DNA of 63,457 nucleotides, filler included, from Nitrospinota bacterium (lineage in GTDB: Bacteria; JADFOP01), in the NCBI GenBank assembly GCA_022562795.1. It is 7 parts of 7 records of this genome, joined end to end, with 100 filler letters (N's around TTAATTAATTAA, not from the genome) between each part and the next. Parts side by side here need not be neighbours in the genome. Positions count along the whole stretch, not along the records: positions 39,276 to 59,965 come from JADFOP010000001.1; positions 60,066 to 63,457 come from JADFOP010000080.1; 5 more parts are not named here. One strand, written 5' to 3'. Under the pieces are notes generated by a model. It ran no database searches. It was not told where the DNA came from and saw nothing but the letters and a program-made list of their open reading frames with translations. The translations under genes and the position numbers were made by a program. Shown here piece after piece: positions 57,890-63,457 of the stretch (positions within the stretch are counted from its first letter, which is position 1; every line of letters starts with the position of its first letter).

Positions 57890-58131
57890 GCGTCCTCCCC
57901 CAATAAAAGCTCCTCCATCCGCGCCTTATCGAAGCCGACCACCACATCGCCGTCGATGGTGACCACCGGGACGGTGATGTTGCCGCTGATACGGACGAGC
58001 TCTTGCATGGCCACCCGGTCGGCGGCGACGTCGATCTCCGTGAAATCGACTCCCCGCTCGTCGAAAAACCGCTTGACCGCCTTACATGGAACGCAGGTGG
58101 GTGTCGTGTAAAGCTTGACCTCTTGGGGCAT
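57886..58131 (-). CDS. glutaredoxin-like (NrdH-redoxin) protein
   Basis: CVPC, TVP, VVGFD. Confidence 0.9.
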   Translation of the reverse strand: MPQEVKLYTTPTCVPCKAVKRFFDERGVDFTEIDVAADRVAMQELVRISGNITVPVVTIDGDVVVGFDKARMEELLLGEDA

Positions 58132-58268
58132 AGAATGAACCTCGGAGCTTTACGGGTCCGGCCACAGTATTGGGCGGGAGGCCTCAAAAGTCAAGGCTCC
58201 TTGACCAGTCTCGTGCTAGTATAGTAGGGGTTAAGATGTGGGTGTGCGGGAGCCAAGGGGGACGTTCC

Positions 58269-59327
58269 ATGCAGGTCATGGTCCTGGCGGCGGGCTTCGG
58301 CGAGAGGCTCAAACCCCTTACGGTACGGGTCGCGAAGCCGGCCTTGCCTCTGTTCGACGAGACTGTGCTGGGCCGGCTGGTGAGGGCCCTGGTGGGAGCC
58401 GGCGCCGACCGAATCGTCTACAATACCCATCATCTGGCCGACCAGGTGTCGCGGGCCGCCGAGGAGGCCTGCCCGCCGGGTGTCGAGTTGATCCGCTCCC
58501 ACGAGGAGAAGGCCCAGGGCACCGCAGGGGCCTTGCGTGAGGCAGCGGAACTCTTCCGGGACGAACCTTTGCTCGTGGTCAACGGCGACGTGGTCCACGA
58601 CGTCGATCTGGCCCGTCTCGTGGCCCTCCACCATGCCCGCCGAGCCCAGGTCACCCTTGTGTGCCGGCCCGATCCCGAAGCGGAGGGATATGGGCCCCTG
58701 GGGCTCGACGGCGAGGGGTGGGTTCGCCGCTTCCTGGGATGGAGAGCGCCTGACGCTGATGTGGCGAGCTTGCGGACGGTCATGTTCACCGGCCTTCAGG
58801 TCGTTGAGCCCTCGGTCCTCGGGCTCATTCCTCCAGGGTTCGTCTCGACCACCGAGACCCTCTACCCGGGTCTCCTTAAGGCGGGAGAGCCGGTCTTCGG
58901 AGTGATCCATGAGGGCTACTGGGCGGATATCGGCACGCCGGCCCGCTACGTAGAGGCCCACTGCGATATTCTGCGGGGCAAAGTCGGCCCGCCGCCTAAA
59001 AGCCGCTGGCGGCCTCCCACTGATGTGACCGTGAACCTTCTCGAGCCTATCTGGGTGGCCGAGGACGTTGTTGTCGAGTCCCGTTGCGTTCTCGGCCCCA
59101 ATGCCGTTGTGGGCCCAGGCAGTTGGCTAGGCCCCGGCGTCGTGGTGGAGAGGAGCGTGATCATGGCCGGCGTCGTCGTGGGTCCCAAGGCCATACTGGA
59201 AGGCTGCATTGTCGCCCCCCAGGTCCGGATTCCCGCAGGGGGGATATTCATAGACCGCCTCATCACCCTCGGTGACGGCGACGAGCCCGAGGTGACCCCC
59301 ATCGGCCCCGGAGGGGAGGCGGCGTGA
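58269..59327 (+). CDS. NDP-sugar synthase (mannose-1-phosphate guanylyltransferase-like)
   Basis: LAAGFGERLKPLT, NGD, WADIGT and C-terminal hexapeptide repeats. Confidence 0.88.
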   Translation: MQVMVLAAGFGERLKPLTVRVAKPALPLFDETVLGRLVRALVGAGADRIVYNTHHLADQVSRAAEEACPPGVELIRSHEEKAQGTAGALREAAELFRDEPLLVVNGDVVHDVDLARLVALHHARRAQVTLVCRPDPEAEGYGPLGLDGEGWVRRFLGWRAPDADVASLRTVMFTGLQVVEPSVLGLIPPGFVSTTETLYPGLLKAGEPVFGVIHEGYWADIGTPARYVEAHCDILRGKVGPPPKSRWRPPTDVTVNLLEPIWVAEDVVVESRCVLGPNAVVGPGSWLGPGVVVERSVIMAGVVVGPKAILEGCIVAPQVRIPAGGIFIDRLITLGDGDEPEVTPIGPGGEAA

Positions 59328-59965
59328 GGCCCATCGCCTGCTCCACCCATCTCTTCGTCTACGATGTTCTGGGGCGCGAGCACCTGGCTCTGGTCAGCCA
59401 GGCGGGCTACCAGGCTGTGGAGCTCTGGGCCATGCGGCCCCATTGGGACTACGGGGATGCCGACCAGGTGGCTAGGATCGCTGAGGATTGCGGCCGCCTG
59501 GGGCTAACCATCTCTTCCATCCACGGGCCCTTCTACCGTCACGTCGACGACGCCAAGCAGGGCCGCTGGCTCACGCTCTACCACGAGGAGCCCGCCGTTA
59601 GGGCCCAGGCCCTTTCGGAACTCCTCCAGGTGGTTGAAGCGGCCGCTCAGCTCGGCGCCCCCATCGTAGTCGTCCACTGGGAGGAGTGGGGCAGAGGCGG
59701 GGAGGAATTGATGACGCTGGTCGATGCGGCGGGCGAGGGGGGTGTGAGGCTTGCCCTGGAAAACTCCCACCTCCGGCCTGAGGCTTCTGTGGAGACCCTC
59801 GTGGGGGTGCTAGAGCGGTTCGGGGCAGAGGCCCCGGTGGGGCTTTGCTTCGATACGGGCCACGCCCACGTGGCCGAGGCCGACGTCGTATCGGCCCTCC
59901 GGGCGGCCGCGCCTCATCTGCTGACCCTCCACGTCCACGACAACGACGGCTCCGACGATACCCAC
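59324..59965 (+). CDS. sugar phosphate isomerase/epimerase family, 3' truncated
   Basis: LALEN, CFDTGH, HVHDN.G..D.H. Confidence 0.85.
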
Positions 59966-60065
59966 NNNNNNNNNNNNNNNNNNNNNNNNNNNNNNNNNNN
60001 NNNNNNNNNTTAATTAATTAANNNNNNNNNNNNNNNNNNNNNNNNNNNNNNNNNNNNNNNNNNNN
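59966..60065. other. artificial contig linker
   Basis: N-run + TTAATTAATTAA + N-run. Confidence 0.99.
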
Positions 60066-60272
60066 ATAATCGAACCTGCCAACAAATCGTTGCACCGTTC
60101 AGCTCCAAGGTCTATGTTGGAACCCTTCCGGCTGATCGGTAACCCCATAACCGATAGATCGGGTGAAGGCTTTGGTTGTGTGGGCGAGAATCTGATTCGA
60201 GACTCTCGACAAGAGATGTCTCTTTAGGTTAAGGGATCAGGCCGGTCGCTTTTTTCGAAAAGCGCCCCATCG

Positions 60273-61946
60273 TTACCGACGGTCACCTGCGCTTGGTGGG
60301 GCAGGTTTGGCAGACGGGGCTTCCACAGCACGCTCCAAATCCCTGAGGAAATTGATTTCCCAAAGCCTTCTGCGGGCGTATAAATCGAGCGTCCAATATC
60401 GGCGGTCTCCCTGAATGTTGCCGAGTAGCCGCTCGATCTCGGCCGCCGCGCGGTCGTACTCCTCCCTCTCTTGGTAGATTCTAGCGGCGACGAAGTAGTC
60501 CGTCGGGCGGGTGAGGCTCAGATGGAAGGTGGTGAAATAGACGACGATGGTCAGGAGGCCGTAGGCGGCTACGGCCCCACCGACCTTGTGGAGGGCTCCT
60601 GCGCGAGCCCTTTCCACCATCCAGGCAAGAGCGTATCCGGCGGCCGGAATGAGAGCCCCAGCCAGGGGCAGGCGGTAGCGCGAGAGCACGAAGGAGCCCA
60701 GAAGCGCTCCCACGGCGAAGAGGGTGAAGAGCCAGATGAGGGCGAACCTCCGACGGGTCTCCGGGGCGAGGCCTAGAGCGAGCCCCACCAGGCCGATTGG
60801 GAGAAGGAGGCCGAAGGGCAGGGTGGCCCGCAGCACGGCCGAGAGCTCCCGCCCGTAGTAAAAGTTCACGTTGTTGGGAATCTCCAATGGGCTTGCCAGG
60901 GCACGGAGCTTGATTGCCTGGTTACGCAGCAGGCCTCCCACCACGTCATCCCCGTAGGTCTTCAGGGTCTCGCGGACCACCGGCCACGTATGGCCCTCGG
61001 AGGCCTCCATGATAGCTTTCGTTGAATTGGGATATGTGAGCCCCACCGGGTGGCCGTCGGCGGCGAAGCTCTGGATAAAGGTTGTGGAGAAGCGGTTGGA
61101 CAAGGCCAGCGCGGGGGCCCCGACGGCTATGTTCCGCGCCACGAGGGGCGACACAGACAGGGCAAAGCCAAGGACTATTCCCAAGGCGGTGCGACGTTGG
61201 GCCGCCCCCCCGCGGACGGCCTTCCACACCCCCCAGGCCGCCAAGAGGAGCACAAGGAGCAGTGTCACCTCCTTGGCAAGCAGGCAAAGGCCGAGGAGCG
61301 CCCCCGCAAAGAGGGCCCTGCCACCCGTGGGTCTCTCGTCCCACCGCAGTAGGCTTAGAAGGAGGCCCGACTGGAGGGGTACGAGAAGGATATCTCGGAG
61401 CATGATGGCGGAGTAGAAGATGTAGGGCGCGTATACGGCCCCGAGCCCCGCGGTGAAGAGACCGGCCCGATGGCCTCCAAGCCGCCGGCCTATGGCGTAG
61501 AGCAGCCAGCAATCCAGCACGCCGAGCAGTACCTGCAGGAGGCGCATCATTATGGGTCGCTCGCCCCCAAGGGCGATGACACTCCCCACAAGATAGGGGT
61601 AGAGGGGCGACTGCTTGAAGACCATCGGTCCACCCCACCAGCGTTCCCAGGTCTCTCTCGAAGTGATCCGCTTCGATTTATTGCCGAAGGGGTGATATGG
61701 CGGCCGCCCGAGCCAGTCGCCGGCGGCGATCTGCTTGGCCCACTGCCAATTGGTATGCATGTCCGAGGCGGTGAAGACCTGGTGGAAATCCACGAAGGCC
61801 GTCTGGCTCACGGCGTAGAGGTGAAGGAGCCGCAAGGCGAGGGCCGCGGCCAACACTACGGCCAGCAGAAGCACTGACGTCCGGGAGATGGTCCGCCCAT
61901 GGCTCTTCGACTGTGTTCCTTTCAAGATATCCTCTCCGCCTGGCAA
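60273..61946 (-). CDS. GT-C (family 39/ArnT-like) membrane glycosyltransferase
   Basis: Multiple TM helices, SPLYPY, RYRLP and a short TPR-like tail; start uncertain. Confidence 0.82.
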   Translation of the reverse strand: MPGGEDILKGTQSKSHGRTISRTSVLLLAVVLAAALALRLLHLYAVSQTAFVDFHQVFTASDMHTNWQWAKQIAAGDWLGRPPYHPFGNKSKRITSRETWERWWGGPMVFKQSPLYPYLVGSVIALGGERPIMMRLLQVLLGVLDCWLLYAIGRRLGGHRAGLFTAGLGAVYAPYIFYSAIMLRDILLVPLQSGLLLSLLRWDERPTGGRALFAGALLGLCLLAKEVTLLLVLLLAAWGVWKAVRGGAAQRRTALGIVLGFALSVSPLVARNIAVGAPALALSNRFSTTFIQSFAADGHPVGLTYPNSTKAIMEASEGHTWPVVRETLKTYGDDVVGGLLRNQAIKLRALASPLEIPNNVNFYYGRELSAVLRATLPFGLLLPIGLVGLALGLAPETRRRFALIWLFTLFAVGALLGSFVLSRYRLPLAGALIPAAGYALAWMVERARAGALHKVGGAVAAYGLLTIVVYFTTFHLSLTRPTDYFVAARIYQEREEYDRAAAEIERLLGNIQGDRRYWTLDLYARRRLWEINFLRDLERAVEAPSAKPAPPSAGDRR

Positions 61947-62143
61947 AAGAACTCACTCCCTTAGGTTATGAATAAATGACAGAACCCAAATTAGGTGCAA
62001 TGGTTCTCACAATCCGAAGGTCCGCCCTCCATTCCCAATGTTAGCTTCGTAGCTTCCTACGATACTGTGAGCTTGGAATTGAGAAGTGCCGTGTGTGAAA
62101 TCCTACATTACCTAGCTGTACAGTGGAAGCACCTATTCCAAGT

Positions 62144-62252
62144 TTCGATTATCCCAGATAGTCTTAACTCCGGCTACTAGGCCGAAAAGTGCATATTTCA
62201 ACAGTTATTGCCCCTGAGCCCCAACGGTCACGAGTTACGATTACATCGTGAA
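62144..62252 (+). repeat. dispersed ~110-bp repeat, copy C
   Basis: CATATTTCAACAGTTATTGCCCCTGAGCCCCAACGGTCA identical to copy A. Confidence 0.88.
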
Positions 62253-62488
62253 ATACGCCCTTTTGATGACTGATGCGTCACCAAGACGAAGGGCTTGATT
62301 GGCCGACTTGCTTGGAGATGTTATCGGAAGCAGGTGACGAGCAGGTAACGGGATGGTATAGATTTCGACAGGCGGGCGCTCTTAATATTAAAGACAATGC
62401 TCTCGGCGACCCCTACCGCCGAACCTTCGGACATCTGTCGCTTCCTCCGCCGGTAGGCTGTCGATGCAGTCGGCGCCACAGGTTTTTT

Positions 62489-63457
62489 TCAATTTTCACT
62501 CAGGGCATCACCATTGACGGCAAGAATTCGCGTCGCGACCCTCTCTTGCGTCACCTCCTGTATTGCTTCACGGCCGTTGGATCGATCCCGTTTCATAAGA
62601 ATCTCTCCGAGAGCCCTTCCAATCTGATGGAGATCCCGCTCAACAATCCTCGACGGTTCCACATTGGCCAACCGCTCTCGCACATCCCCAACATCAACTG
62701 TCACTACGGGGAGATTACATGATAACGCCTCTTTCACAATATTAGGCGAACCTTCGGAATCGCTCGTGACCAAGAGGCTGTCAGCCCCGTTCATCAAAGT
62801 GGGAATGAGATTCGGCTCCACGGCGCCGTCTAAGACGACGAAGCGGATCTCCCCACAGAGAGCCCTGGCAACATCAATGGCAGATTGCGCCAGGTCCAAC
62901 CGCTTACGAACTGGTGTCCTACCGGAATTGAATAACACCACACGCTCGTTCTCCCCCCATCCTAGTTCTGATCGCGCCTGCTCCCGGGGAAGCGGATAAA
63001 AGAGCATTGTATCAACGCCGGTGGGAATGACCGTTGTGCGGCTTTTTCCCCACCAGAGCCTGCTTTTTAGCTCCTGGCTCACACAAATGATTCGGCTGGA
63101 CCTCAAGGCGGCGAGCTGGGAAAGGAGCATCCCCGCGGCCCATAGAAATCGGGGAATGCCTGGGCTTGGAATCAGATCAGACCCACGATAGGTCACCACG
63201 ACGGGCAGCTTCGTTGAAATTGTGCAAAATAGGGCTGGCAACGCGCCAAAATGTACATGGACTATGTGAGGTTTGAACGTCCGTATTTCCCCTCGAAACT
63301 TTTTCCACTGCTTGGCTGTTAATGCGACGGTCTTGGCGGCAAACGCCATGCCCGTCCCGCCAACTCTCGCAGGTACGGTCCTTGGGGGCACGAAAAACGT
63401 CTTGCAACTCACCCCCGCCTCCTGGATAGAGGCAACCTGCCTTTTGGCAAATACAAA
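62489..63457 (-). CDS. glycosyltransferase family 4, 5' end outside the window
   Basis: SEGSPNIVKEAL (EX7E), PVVTVDVG; frame open to the window end. Confidence 0.88.
   Translation of the reverse strand, partial: FVFAKRQVASIQEAGVSCKTFFVPPRTVPARVGGTGMAFAAKTVALTAKQWKKFRGEIRTFKPHIVHVHFGALPALFCTISTKLPVVVTYRGSDLIPSPGIPRFLWAAGMLLSQLAALRSSRIICVSQELKSRLWWGKSRTTVIPTGVDTMLFYPLPREQARSELGWGENERVVLFNSGRTPVRKRLDLAQSAIDVARALCGEIRFVVLDGAVEPNLIPTLMNGADSLLVTSDSEGSPNIVKEALSCNLPVVTVDVGDVRERLANVEPSRIVERDLHQIGRALGEILMKRDRSNGREAIQEVTQERVATRILAVNGDALSEN

Noticed and set aside
3853-60065. Six repeats of TTAATTAATTAA within N-runs
   Set aside because: Artificial contig linkers with stops in all frames; not biological

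Overview
This window is not one contiguous locus. It is seven contigs joined by six artificial 100-nt linkers (N-runs around TTAATTAATTAA), so adjacency across a linker means nothing. Most of the DNA comes from a GC-rich Gram-negative bacterium; gene order and protein style suggest a Nitrospinota/Tectomicrobia/Desulfobacterota-like lineage (inference only). Recognisable content: tRNA-Leu(CAA), hpnCDE squalene genes, a Zn-ADH, Flp pilin and tadE/tadG-like genes behind sigma54 promoters, an ArsR-permease pair, the lysS-lolCD-clpC-bamA-skp-lpxD-fabZ-lpxA envelope operon, a fabG-long ACP-fabF cluster, ddl, split MetE and various housekeeping enzymes. A roughly 2.8-kb sphingomonad-like segment (nrdA plus fragments) is spliced into contig 3 through a mosaic of short gene pieces, which points to contamination or chimerism. 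Best candidates for undescribed biology: (1) a translationally coupled rlmI-like/GT2/ParB-like/SPL-like radical SAM/small protein operon; (2) a sigma54-driven Nal1-like protease followed by a lipoprotein that is a stand-alone copy of its own prodomain; (3) a dispersed ~110-bp repeat found in AT-rich scars beside gene remnants and attC-like half-sites; (4) a His-rich membrane-protein pair between duplicated promoter modules; (5) an OsmC-like fragment with an in-frame UGA and a SECIS-like hairpin; (6) a terminator/hairpin leader upstream of the tad genes.
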